Below, in pieces: positions 56,192 through 64,000 of a stretch of 64,000 nucleotides of DNA. The DNA is taken from positions 32,001-96,000 of the IMG/VR virus record IMGVR_UViG_3300006841_000093; one strand, written 5' to 3'. The stretch is from a virus. The notes under the pieces are model-generated. The model made no database searches, had not been told where the DNA came from, and saw only the letters and a list, made by a program, of their open reading frames with translations. Made by a program: the position numbers and the translations under genes. The stretch's first letter is position 1, and every line of letters starts with the position of its first letter.

Positions 56192-56515
56192 ATGAAATTA
56201 GGTATCAATAAAACGATTAATAGACATTGGAGAGATTGGGCAGGATTAGTTTATCTATTCATTTGCCTGATAGATTTTTTTGTTGCTCCTTTGATATGGA
56301 ATCTTAAAATGGAAGCTTATTGTTATGATATAAAGATGACAGCACTTGAAAAAGGTTTGGATGGTAGTGAATGTGATATTACTAGGTGGACTCCTTTAAC
56401 ATTAGGAGCAGGGGCAATGTTTCACTTATCATTCGGAGCTATATTAGGTGCAACTGCTTGGAAGAAAAAAGAAGAACTGGAAGCTCATCATAATAATAAG
56501 TCTGATACTACTTAG
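56192..56515 (+). CDS. Putative holin-like membrane protein
   Basis: WR.WAGLVYLFICLIDF..P and PLTLGAGAMFHLSFGAILG pattern. Confidence 0.5.
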   Translation: MKLGINKTINRHWRDWAGLVYLFICLIDFFVAPLIWNLKMEAYCYDIKMTALEKGLDGSECDITRWTPLTLGAGAMFHLSFGAILGATAWKKKEELEAHHNNKSDTT

Positions 56516-57317
56516 TGGATGTTCGATAACGAATTGGTTTATATATAAAGATGGAGAAAGTGGAAATCGAGATACATTACCAGTAACATTAGATTCCCTT
56601 ATTGAAATGGGTGAATATTCTAAACTGATTTATACAAATAAGGGAATATTTGCTGATGGTACAGTATCGCCTGAAGAACCAGAATTCTATGGTTTGAATA
56701 GGATGATCGCAGATCAACACCGCGTTAAAAAAGATCAATTTTCTTATTTTGTAATACAAGAGGATGGTGTTACTATTCTCATCTTTAGAGGAACATCAAA
56801 TTGGAAAAATGTATTATCGGATCTTGATGCAAGACCATTTATTGATGACAATTTAGATACAAAACTTCATAGAGGTTTTAGAGATGCGGCTGAATCTATT
56901 TATAGTGACATTAAAAGAAATTATGAATTAGATCACACAGTATTTTTGACAGGACATTCACTAGGTGGTGCAATAGCACAAATCATAGGATTATGGTTAC
57001 ATTCGACAGGGAGTCACAATGTTCAAATTTATACTTTCGGAAGCCCAAAAGTCAGTACTACATTTACTTTTAACGAACCCAATCATTGGCGGGTGGTTGA
57101 TAGGAGCGATCCTGTGCCTTTTCTGCCTACTCTTCCTTATGTTCATTCAGGCGTGGTGATTGATATTGATACATTATCATGGAGTGAAAATCATGAGGAA
57201 AGAGGAATTTTACAGACAGATGCTTTAGAACATTCTGTTAAGGACTACCTTGATATACTATATAATCATTCAGAATGTGATGCTGAATGTAGAGGCTCTA
57301 GGGACATAAGAGAATAA
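56448..57317 (+). CDS. Class 3 lipase lipoprotein
   Basis: Lipobox LLSGC, FRGTS, HRGF, GHSLGG, TFGSP and DPVP. Confidence 0.85.
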   Translation: MQLLGRKKKNWKLIIIISLILLSGCSITNWFIYKDGESGNRDTLPVTLDSLIEMGEYSKLIYTNKGIFADGTVSPEEPEFYGLNRMIADQHRVKKDQFSYFVIQEDGVTILIFRGTSNWKNVLSDLDARPFIDDNLDTKLHRGFRDAAESIYSDIKRNYELDHTVFLTGHSLGGAIAQIIGLWLHSTGSHNVQIYTFGSPKVSTTFTFNEPNHWRVVDRSDPVPFLPTLPYVHSGVVIDIDTLSWSENHEERGILQTDALEHSVKDYLDILYNHSECDAECRGSRDIRE

Positions 57318-57320
57318 ATA
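57313..57320 (+). promoter_or_regulatory. Possible late promoter
   Basis: AATAAATA upstream of 57348. Confidence 0.35.
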
Positions 57321-57347
57321 TTACAAAAATAAACAAAAGGGGAAAAA

Positions 57348-58220
57348 ATGGCAGAAGAAATGATGGATTTCGGATTTAGTGCCGTAACCGCAGATGAATA
57401 TGAAAAAGACCAGACAGATGGTGAAAATACTGGACTTGGAGGGGCTGCCAGTCCTGAAGCACTTGCTGCATTAGATTATAAGATTGAACAAATTATAGGT
57501 CATTTATCAACTAAAGCAGATGAATCAAGTAGTAGTGATTTTGGATTTACTCAAGAGGATAAAGATAAACAAGAGGGAAAATTACAAGATATTGAAGAAA
57601 AAATTGATAAGATTCTTTCATTAGAATTAGATGAAGAACGAGCACAAACTACAGCAGATATTCTTTCACAATTAAATGATGCAACTGGAGATTCTAGAAC
57701 AGCTTCAGCAGAAGCAAAGAAGTCAGTAGGAAAACAAGATGAGATCATGAAGTTCCTACAAGATATGTCACCAAAGGTTGATAAGATTCTTAAACTAGAG
57801 AGTCTTGAAAGTCTTCTAGAAGGTACTTCAGGTAAGTTAGATAGTTTATCAGAAGTCGCAGGAGCAGTACAAACTGTTTCGGCTGATCCTCCCGATTTAT
57901 CACCAATCGTAGAAAAATTAGAATTCATGGATAAAGATATCCAAAAGATTCTAAAGATGGAACAGTTAGAAGCTGTTACTGCACTACAAAAATCCTCTCA
58001 TGATATGACATCATTAGCAAAAGAACTCGAAGAAAGAAAAAAGGATATAGATATTAAATATAAAGCTCGTATGTTAGCAGTAGAAAAGTTAATTCTTCCT
58101 TTGATAGAGAACCTTCAAAAAGATGGAAATACAAAAGAATATATTAGATGGCCAAATAGAATACCTATCTTAGAAGCTCAAAAACAAAAAATTATACAAG
58201 TTACAAGGTCTGAACTATGA
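57348..58220 (+). CDS. Coiled-coil protein with internal repeats
   Basis: Three K(I/V)xKIL(S/K)(L/M)E-like repeats; C-terminal LPLIENL..KEYIRWPNR. Confidence 0.65.
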   Translation: MAEEMMDFGFSAVTADEYEKDQTDGENTGLGGAASPEALAALDYKIEQIIGHLSTKADESSSSDFGFTQEDKDKQEGKLQDIEEKIDKILSLELDEERAQTTADILSQLNDATGDSRTASAEAKKSVGKQDEIMKFLQDMSPKVDKILKLESLESLLEGTSGKLDSLSEVAGAVQTVSADPPDLSPIVEKLEFMDKDIQKILKMEQLEAVTALQKSSHDMTSLAKELEERKKDIDIKYKARMLAVEKLILPLIENLQKDGNTKEYIRWPNRIPILEAQKQKIIQVTRSEL

Positions 58221-58960
58221 GATTTGGAGATTTAAAACAAGAACTTTTAGAAGGTGTATATGATCCTGGCATTTTTAAAGCATTCTTCTTAGCAGGAGGT
58301 GCGGGAAGTGGTAAGTCATATTCAGCAGAAAAAGCAACTGGATCAGCTGCAGGAAAATTTTCTTGGGATTCTTCTATGGAGAAGATTACTCCTGGTAAGG
58401 TCGGTCCTTTTGGATTGAAAGTAGTCAACTCTGATGAACAATTAGAATATGGTTTGATGAAAGCAAAGATGTCTTCTAATATGAAGGCATATACTGATGA
58501 TGATACTACAAGAAAAGAACTGATTAGAGCAAAAGCCAAAAAGAAGACAGCAAAAAAAGAACAGTTATGGGTCAATGGAAGATTAGGATTAATCATTGAT
58601 GGTACTGCTAAAGATATAACTAAACTTAGTATAAAGAAAAAAGCACTAGAAGATGTTGGTTATGATACTCACATGATATTTGTTAATACTTCCCTTGATG
58701 TTGCAATTCAACAAAATAATTCAAGAAAAAGAAAACTTCCTGATGAAATTATTAGACAAACATGGAATGAAGTTCAAGGAATTAAAAATGAACTTGCTAA
58801 TCTATTTGCTGGAGGATTTGTTGAAATTGTTAATAATAGAGCAGGAGAAGATGTATTTCGAAAATCATTTGTCGAAGTAGGTAAACTTATAAAACGCCCA
58901 CCAACTAAACCTGCCGCAAAAATGTGGATCGCTCAAGAACTAGAACAGAAAAAGAGGTAA
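58217..58960 (+). CDS. P-loop kinase (zeta-toxin/AAA_33-like)
   Basis: GGAGSGKS, VNSD, IIDGT and RKRKLP. Confidence 0.75.
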   Translation: MRFGDLKQELLEGVYDPGIFKAFFLAGGAGSGKSYSAEKATGSAAGKFSWDSSMEKITPGKVGPFGLKVVNSDEQLEYGLMKAKMSSNMKAYTDDDTTRKELIRAKAKKKTAKKEQLWVNGRLGLIIDGTAKDITKLSIKKKALEDVGYDTHMIFVNTSLDVAIQQNNSRKRKLPDEIIRQTWNEVQGIKNELANLFAGGFVEIVNNRAGEDVFRKSFVEVGKLIKRPPTKPAAKMWIAQELEQKKR

Positions 58961-59569
58961 TTGCCTATGGTAGCCTTCTCACATTTGTCTATGGTTGCAT
59001 TTGTGATTTTGGGTTTGTCTATGGTTCGATTGATGATAAATTATAGTTCGTTATTAGCAAAAAATTACAATGATAGTCCAGATGATGATGTGTTCTTTTA
59101 CTGGCCACATACAGCAATGAGTCTTATAACTTTTTTTACTATTATATTATTTTGGTGGACTTCATATCCTTTAAGAGATTTGACTTATTATCCAAACGAA
59201 GGATGGAATTTATTCACGTTTATATTGTATCTTTCTGTACCATTTTTGTTTTTTATGGTTACTGAAATAATTGCTCCACAACCTGACACATATAAAGATA
59301 TAGAAGTTGATTTAAAAAAATATTATTATGACAATCATAAAGTTATATTAGGCTTGGCAGTAGTATTACAAGTTTGTCTCCTTGCGAATCTTTTTGTATT
59401 CTTTAAAGGAGAATTAATGTCAATGAAAGTAATAGGAAGAGTTATTATGTTATGTATTATGACTCCAATGGTATTCATTAATAATAAAAGATTACATGAA
59501 ATTGGTATGACTATATTCTTTTTAGGATTCATTTATACCATAATAAAGTATCATATCTTTATGGTATAA
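58961..59569 (+). CDS. Multi-TM membrane protein
   Basis: About 6 hydrophobic segments; YWPH...FWW motif. Confidence 0.65.
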   Translation: MPMVAFSHLSMVAFVILGLSMVRLMINYSSLLAKNYNDSPDDDVFFYWPHTAMSLITFFTIILFWWTSYPLRDLTYYPNEGWNLFTFILYLSVPFLFFMVTEIIAPQPDTYKDIEVDLKKYYYDNHKVILGLAVVLQVCLLANLFVFFKGELMSMKVIGRVIMLCIMTPMVFINNKRLHEIGMTIFFLGFIYTIIKYHIFMV

Positions 59570-59572
59570 CCT

Positions 59573-59818
59573 ATGGTTTACATTGTACGCAAATGGACTG
59601 TTGCTACTGTTCAAGTTATATATTACATTCCCGATTATCTACATATCCTCAATGAATTCGCTTGGCAAACTGAAGATCGCCTTCCCGAATATCCACGTAT
59701 AACCCAATTTTTAGATTATTGGGATAAACACATTGACGGCCCAATCAAAGAAGCATACATTTATGATCATGATGAATCAAAAATAAGGCATGTAGATAGA
59801 AGATACAAAATCAACTGA
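59573..59818 (+). CDS. usg: Usg-family protein
   Basis: T..V.YYIPD..HIL..F.WQ..D..P.YP....FL.YW...IDGP pattern. Confidence 0.7.
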   Translation: MVYIVRKWTVATVQVIYYIPDYLHILNEFAWQTEDRLPEYPRITQFLDYWDKHIDGPIKEAYIYDHDESKIRHVDRRYKIN

Positions 59819-59819
59819 C

Positions 59820-59847
59820 TTGACTTATCATCATTTCGTGGTATAAT
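59820..59847 (+). promoter_or_regulatory. Sigma70-like promoter
   Basis: TTGACT-N16-TATAAT with TG extension, upstream of primase. Confidence 0.6.
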
Positions 59848-59853
59848 TATAGT

Positions 59854-60879
59854 ATGAGTTTATACACAGATCAAAAATACGTGGGATTACTCTCACCTCG
59901 CCTAGACTTATTCAAACAAGTACGCCAAAATTTGTGGAATTCTCGATGTCCTATTTGTGGTGATTCCTCAAAAAATAAATCCAAAAAAAGACTGTATATT
60001 TATGAAAAGAAACAGAGCTTATTTGTAAAATGTCATAATTGTGGTTATGGATCTAATCTTGGAAATTTTATAAAGGAACTTGATCCTCATTTACATGGTC
60101 AATATGTAGTAGAAAGATATGGTGAAGGAACTAAACACATGGTATTTGGTAAAAAGGAAAAAATACCAGAATTTAATTTTGAGAAACCAAAGTTCAAACC
60201 ACAACCTACAAAGATAAATTTACCCTCAATAGATGAACTTGATGGAGAACATTTTGCTCGTAAATATTTTGAGAGTAGAAAAATTCCAGAAAGTTTTAAG
60301 GATAAAGTTTACTTTGCTGAAGACTTTAGAGAATGGGCACAAGAGATATCCAAAATAGATTATTCTAATTTGGGTAAAGATGAACCAAGAATGGTTATTC
60401 CTTTTTTTGATATGGAAGGAAAACTCATCGCAGCTCAAGGTAGAGCATTAGGTAAATCTGAACTTAGATATATCACAGTTAAGGTTGAAGAAAGCTATCG
60501 TAAAATTTATGGACTCGATAGATGGAATCCTGAAGACACTACATATATTACAGAGGGGCCAATAGATTCTATGTTTCTTCCAAATTGTTTAGCGGTTGCC
60601 GGAGGTGATCTACAAACAATAAAAATGGATAAGGAACAGACTGTATTAATATTCGATAATGAGCCAAGAAACGAACATACTGTTAAAAAATTAATGAAAG
60701 CAATTGATGATGGTTGGTCTGTTGTCATTTGGGGTAAGGAAAGAAAATTCAAAGATATTAATGATTTAATTATGAGTGGGCTGTTAACTGATGAAATCTT
60801 GTTTATAATAAATAAAAGAACGATGAGGGGATTAGAAGCAGATTGGGCAGCTAGAGAGTGGAGAAATGTCCAATACTGA
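59854..60879 (+). CDS. gp61: DNA primase
   Basis: Zn finger CPICGDS..CHNCG, TEGPIDS, FDNE and KDIND. Confidence 0.95.
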   Translation: MSLYTDQKYVGLLSPRLDLFKQVRQNLWNSRCPICGDSSKNKSKKRLYIYEKKQSLFVKCHNCGYGSNLGNFIKELDPHLHGQYVVERYGEGTKHMVFGKKEKIPEFNFEKPKFKPQPTKINLPSIDELDGEHFARKYFESRKIPESFKDKVYFAEDFREWAQEISKIDYSNLGKDEPRMVIPFFDMEGKLIAAQGRALGKSELRYITVKVEESYRKIYGLDRWNPEDTTYITEGPIDSMFLPNCLAVAGGDLQTIKMDKEQTVLIFDNEPRNEHTVKKLMKAIDDGWSVVIWGKERKFKDINDLIMSGLLTDEILFIINKRTMRGLEADWAAREWRNVQY

Positions 60880-61696
60880 AACTATTACGATTGATGAAAG
60901 TGGTGAACTCCATGAGGAAATCCAAGTACACGAACATGGATTTGTAAAACTCTTGGATGTAATGGGGAATGATGAAGTAGAGAACGCCGCAAGAATTAGT
61001 TATGGAGAAGGAACAAGAAAAACAAGTCAGACACGTAATCTAATACGTTACTTGATGAGACACAAACACACCTCACCCTTTGAGATGTGCGAGGTCAAGT
61101 TCCATTTGAAACTCCCAATATTTGTTATGCGCCAGTTAGTCCGTCATAGGACGGCAAATCTGAACGAGTACTCTGGAAGATACTCAGTCATGTCAGATGA
61201 CTTTTATTTCCCCAAAGGGAAAGAATTAAAACCTCAATCAACATCGAATAAACAAGGTAGAGAAGATGGCGAATTACGCAATCCAGGAGAAATTCAATTT
61301 GAAATATTTCGAATTTTTGATGGTGCGAAGAACGCCTACCACAATCTATTAGATTGGGATCTATCAAGAGAGTTAGCACGAATAGTACTTCCCGTGGCTA
61401 ACTATACTGAAGTTATATGGAAAATAGATTTACATAATTTTTTCCATTTTTATCGCTTGAGGGGTGATGACCATGCTCAAGATGAAATACAACATTTTGC
61501 AGATGCTATGTGGCAATTAGTTGAACCACATTTCCCTATATGTTGTGAAGCATTTACAGATTATGTGTTAGAAGCAAAGACCTTTTCTAAGAAAGAAATG
61601 GCAATAATAAAGGACAATCTAAATGGAAGCTGGGTGATGTCAAAGTATGGATTGTCAGAACGAGAATCAAGAGAATTTTTAGACAAATTAAAATAG
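60866..61696 (+). CDS. thyX: FAD-dependent thymidylate synthase
   Basis: HTSPFE, RHRTANLNEYSGRY and ELARIVLP. Confidence 0.95.
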   Translation: MSNTETITIDESGELHEEIQVHEHGFVKLLDVMGNDEVENAARISYGEGTRKTSQTRNLIRYLMRHKHTSPFEMCEVKFHLKLPIFVMRQLVRHRTANLNEYSGRYSVMSDDFYFPKGKELKPQSTSNKQGREDGELRNPGEIQFEIFRIFDGAKNAYHNLLDWDLSRELARIVLPVANYTEVIWKIDLHNFFHFYRLRGDDHAQDEIQHFADAMWQLVEPHFPICCEAFTDYVLEAKTFSKKEMAIIKDNLNGSWVMSKYGLSERESREFLDKLK

Positions 61697-61709
61697 AAAG
61701 AAAGTAATC

Positions 61710-63674
61710 ATGCTACCTACCGAATACCAACAATTTATTCACTTATCAAGATATGCACGATGGGATTATATCAAAGGAAGAAGAGAAACATGGGATGAGA
61801 CTGTTGAACGTTACTTTGATTTTTTTAAAGGACATTTGAAAGAAACGTGTGGTTATGATCTAGAAAATGGTGAAAGAGTAGAGTTGGAAAATGCAGTCAA
61901 GGAATTAAAAGTAATGCCTTCAATGAGATGTTTAATGACAGCTGGACCAGCGTTGGAGAAAGAAAACGTTGCGGGCTACAACTGTAGCTATGTTAAGATA
62001 GACAACTTACGTTCATTTGATGAAATACTCTATGTACTGATGAATGGTACGGGTGTGGGATTTTCAGTAGAAGAAGAATATTGTAATAAACTACCACAAG
62101 TTCCTGATGAACTATACGAAACAGAAACTACTATAGTTGTAGCAGATTCTAAGTTAGGTTGGGCGAGAGCATTTAAAGAACTGATTTCATTACTGTATGG
62201 TGGACATATACCTAAGTGGGATATAAGTAAAGTTAGAGAGGCGGGAGCACCATTAAAGACTTTTGGAGGTAGAGCTTCAGGACCTGAACCCCTTGTAGAC
62301 CTTTTTAATTTCACAACTAGTACAATTAAAAACGCATTAGGAAGAAAACTTAAACCAGTAGAATGTCATGATATAGTTTGTAAGATAGCAGAAATTGTTG
62401 TAGTAGGTGGTGTACGAAGATCGGCTCTCATTAGTCTTTCAAATCTTAATGATAGAGAAATGAGATTCGCCAAACATGGTGAATGGTACAAAGATAACGT
62501 ACAGAGAGCACTCGCAAACAACTCAGTTAATTATAAAGAGAAACCAGATGTAGGAACTTTCATGAGAGAGTGGTTATCACTCTACGATAGTAAGTCTGGA
62601 GAGCGTGGTATTTACAGTAGTTTAGCAAGCAAATCCCATGTAAGTGAACTAAATAATAGAGAAAAGGATAAAGATGGCACATACATTCAAAGAAGATTGG
62701 CAAGAGATGATTTTGGCACAAATCCTTGCAGCGAGATCATTTTACGATCCCGAGAATTCTGCAACTTGTCCGAAGTCGTCCTCAGATCCAACGATAATTT
62801 GCAGTCTATCAAAGACAAAGTTAGGGTTGCAACTATCCTTGGCACATTCCAATCTACTCTCACAAACTTCAAATACCTCTCTAGAGAGTGGCAACGAAAT
62901 TGTGAAGAAGAACGATTACTTGGAGTTAGTCTCACCGGAATCATGGATAATTCCTTAACGAATGGGTCAAAAGATAATATAAAAAAGACATTAAATGAAC
63001 TTAGAGATATCGCAGTAGAAACAAATAAAGAATATGCGAAAAAACTTGGAATCGAAAGAGCCGCCGCCATTACGTGTGTCAAACCTAGTGGTACTGTATC
63101 TCAGCTCGTTGATTCTGCTTCTGGTATTCATGCCCGCCATAATCCTTATTATATTAGGACAGTAAGGGCCGATAATAAAGACCCACTCTGTAAAATGATG
63201 AAAGCAGAGGGGTTTCCACATGAGCCTGATGTAAGTAAGCCTGAACATACTACTGTCTTTTCATTTCCACAAAAAAGCCCAGAAGGGGCGGTTTGTAGAA
63301 CAGAAATGACTGCATGGAAGCAGTTATCCTTATGGCACACCTACGCCAAAGAATGGTGTGAACATAAACCAAGTGTTACTGTCTCTATCAAGGAAGATGA
63401 GTGGGTAAATACAGCGGCTTGGGTATATGAAAATTTTGATGACATAAGTGGTATTAGTTTTTTACCATTTAGTGATCATACATATAGACAAGCACCGTAC
63501 CAAGATTGTACAGAAAAAGAGTATAAAGAACTATTAGATCAGATGCCAAAAGATGTAAATTGGGCATCTTTAGCAGATTACGAAACTCAAGACTATACTA
63601 GTGCTAGTCAAGAGTTTGCGTGTACTTCAGAGAAAGGTTGTGAAATAGTAGATATTTCACCTGCAGTCTCATAA
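61710..63674 (+). CDS. nrdJ: Class II (B12-dependent) ribonucleotide reductase
   Basis: MPSMR, YNCS, GVRRSA, TNPCSEI, CVKPSGTVS and WCEHKPS. Confidence 0.92.
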   Translation: MLPTEYQQFIHLSRYARWDYIKGRRETWDETVERYFDFFKGHLKETCGYDLENGERVELENAVKELKVMPSMRCLMTAGPALEKENVAGYNCSYVKIDNLRSFDEILYVLMNGTGVGFSVEEEYCNKLPQVPDELYETETTIVVADSKLGWARAFKELISLLYGGHIPKWDISKVREAGAPLKTFGGRASGPEPLVDLFNFTTSTIKNALGRKLKPVECHDIVCKIAEIVVVGGVRRSALISLSNLNDREMRFAKHGEWYKDNVQRALANNSVNYKEKPDVGTFMREWLSLYDSKSGERGIYSSLASKSHVSELNNREKDKDGTYIQRRLARDDFGTNPCSEIILRSREFCNLSEVVLRSNDNLQSIKDKVRVATILGTFQSTLTNFKYLSREWQRNCEEERLLGVSLTGIMDNSLTNGSKDNIKKTLNELRDIAVETNKEYAKKLGIERAAAITCVKPSGTVSQLVDSASGIHARHNPYYIRTVRADNKDPLCKMMKAEGFPHEPDVSKPEHTTVFSFPQKSPEGAVCRTEMTAWKQLSLWHTYAKEWCEHKPSVTVSIKEDEWVNTAAWVYENFDDISGISFLPFSDHTYRQAPYQDCTEKEYKELLDQMPKDVNWASLADYETQDYTSASQEFACTSEKGCEIVDISPAVS

Positions 63675-63693
63675 CAATTAATAGGGGGTTCAC

Positions 63694-63882
63694 ATGTCAC
63701 TTAAAGATAAATTTGATGTGTGGTATGAGGATGTTAAAGATAAAGTATATTTTACTTTTCACAGAGACAAATTAGAGAAAGATCAACTCTATGAGACTAG
63801 GTGGGTATGGTATCATACTGTGCTAGTCGTAGAGTTAGCTATAATAATACTGTTATTGCTTTATATTGGATTTGCGATATGA
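63694..63882 (+). CDS. Small membrane protein
   Basis: C-terminal TM helix; RBS GGGGG. Confidence 0.55.
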   Translation: MSLKDKFDVWYEDVKDKVYFTFHRDKLEKDQLYETRWVWYHTVLVVELAIIILLLLYIGFAI

Positions 63883-64000
63883 AAAAGATTTTGATGATGT
63901 TTATTATTGTATTTTTGTTTATGTTCCTACCTTTTATATGGGCAGAACATGGAACAAAACATATTAGTGATTTTGATAAAGTACCTGATGATGGTTGGCC
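63879..64000 (+). CDS. Partial ORF with signal-peptide-like N-terminus, runs off the window end
   Basis: MKKILMMFIIVFLFMFLPFIWAEH... Confidence 0.45.
   Translation, partial: MKKILMMFIIVFLFMFLPFIWAEHGTKHISDFDKVPDDGW

Noticed and set aside
434-63340. Numerous minus-strand and alternate-frame ORFs of 60-160 aa in the ORF track
   Set aside because: They lie inside well-supported + strand genes, lack RBS or motifs, and have composition typical of antisense shadows.
1-64000. CRISPR array or tandem DNA repeat array
   Set aside because: No regularly spaced direct repeats were seen; the only dispersed repeat is the promoter cassette.

Overview
AT-rich 64 kb segment of a large T4-like (myovirus-type) dsDNA bacteriophage, probably from a marine or environmental host. 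Nearly all genes are on the + strand. The T4-type replication core is present (gp45, gp44, gp62, RegA, dUTPase, gp43, UvsX, gp41, gp61, ThyX, class II RNR), with sigma70-like early promoters and TATAAATA-type late promoters. Two tRNA genes are present: a canonical Tyr(GTA) and an atypical Asn(GTT)-like one. No CRISPR array, IS element, intron or intein was seen. All product calls come from motif recognition by eye, not database searches. Main highlights: (1) a ~10.6 kb modification island splits the normally adjacent gp44/gp62 genes; two of its DNA methyltransferases, its AsnB-family amidotransferase and a third methyltransferase elsewhere end in the same S/P-L-x-x-F-F tail as the DNA polymerase, suggesting sliding-clamp-tethered DNA modification. 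(2) A late-promoter-led island has about 14 ORFs with T4 internal-protein-like capsid-targeting leaders (MKTFKEF-like), including a KxDG ligase-like protein, two ADP-ribosyltransferase-like paralogs, a RegB/RelE-like RNase, an HNH protein, a methyltransferase, a HAD phosphatase and a P-loop kinase. (3) An anticodon-domain-less AsnRS paralog is co-oriented with a non-canonical tRNA-Asn. (4) Auxiliary genes include purine uptake/salvage, IscA/IscA/IscU, two U32-like proteins, a cytochrome c, an AapJ-like binding protein and an orphan Pycsar-type membrane effector. (5) Small elements missed by the ORF track include a ROSE-type RNA thermometer ahead of hsp20 and a 28-aa metallothionein-like peptide.
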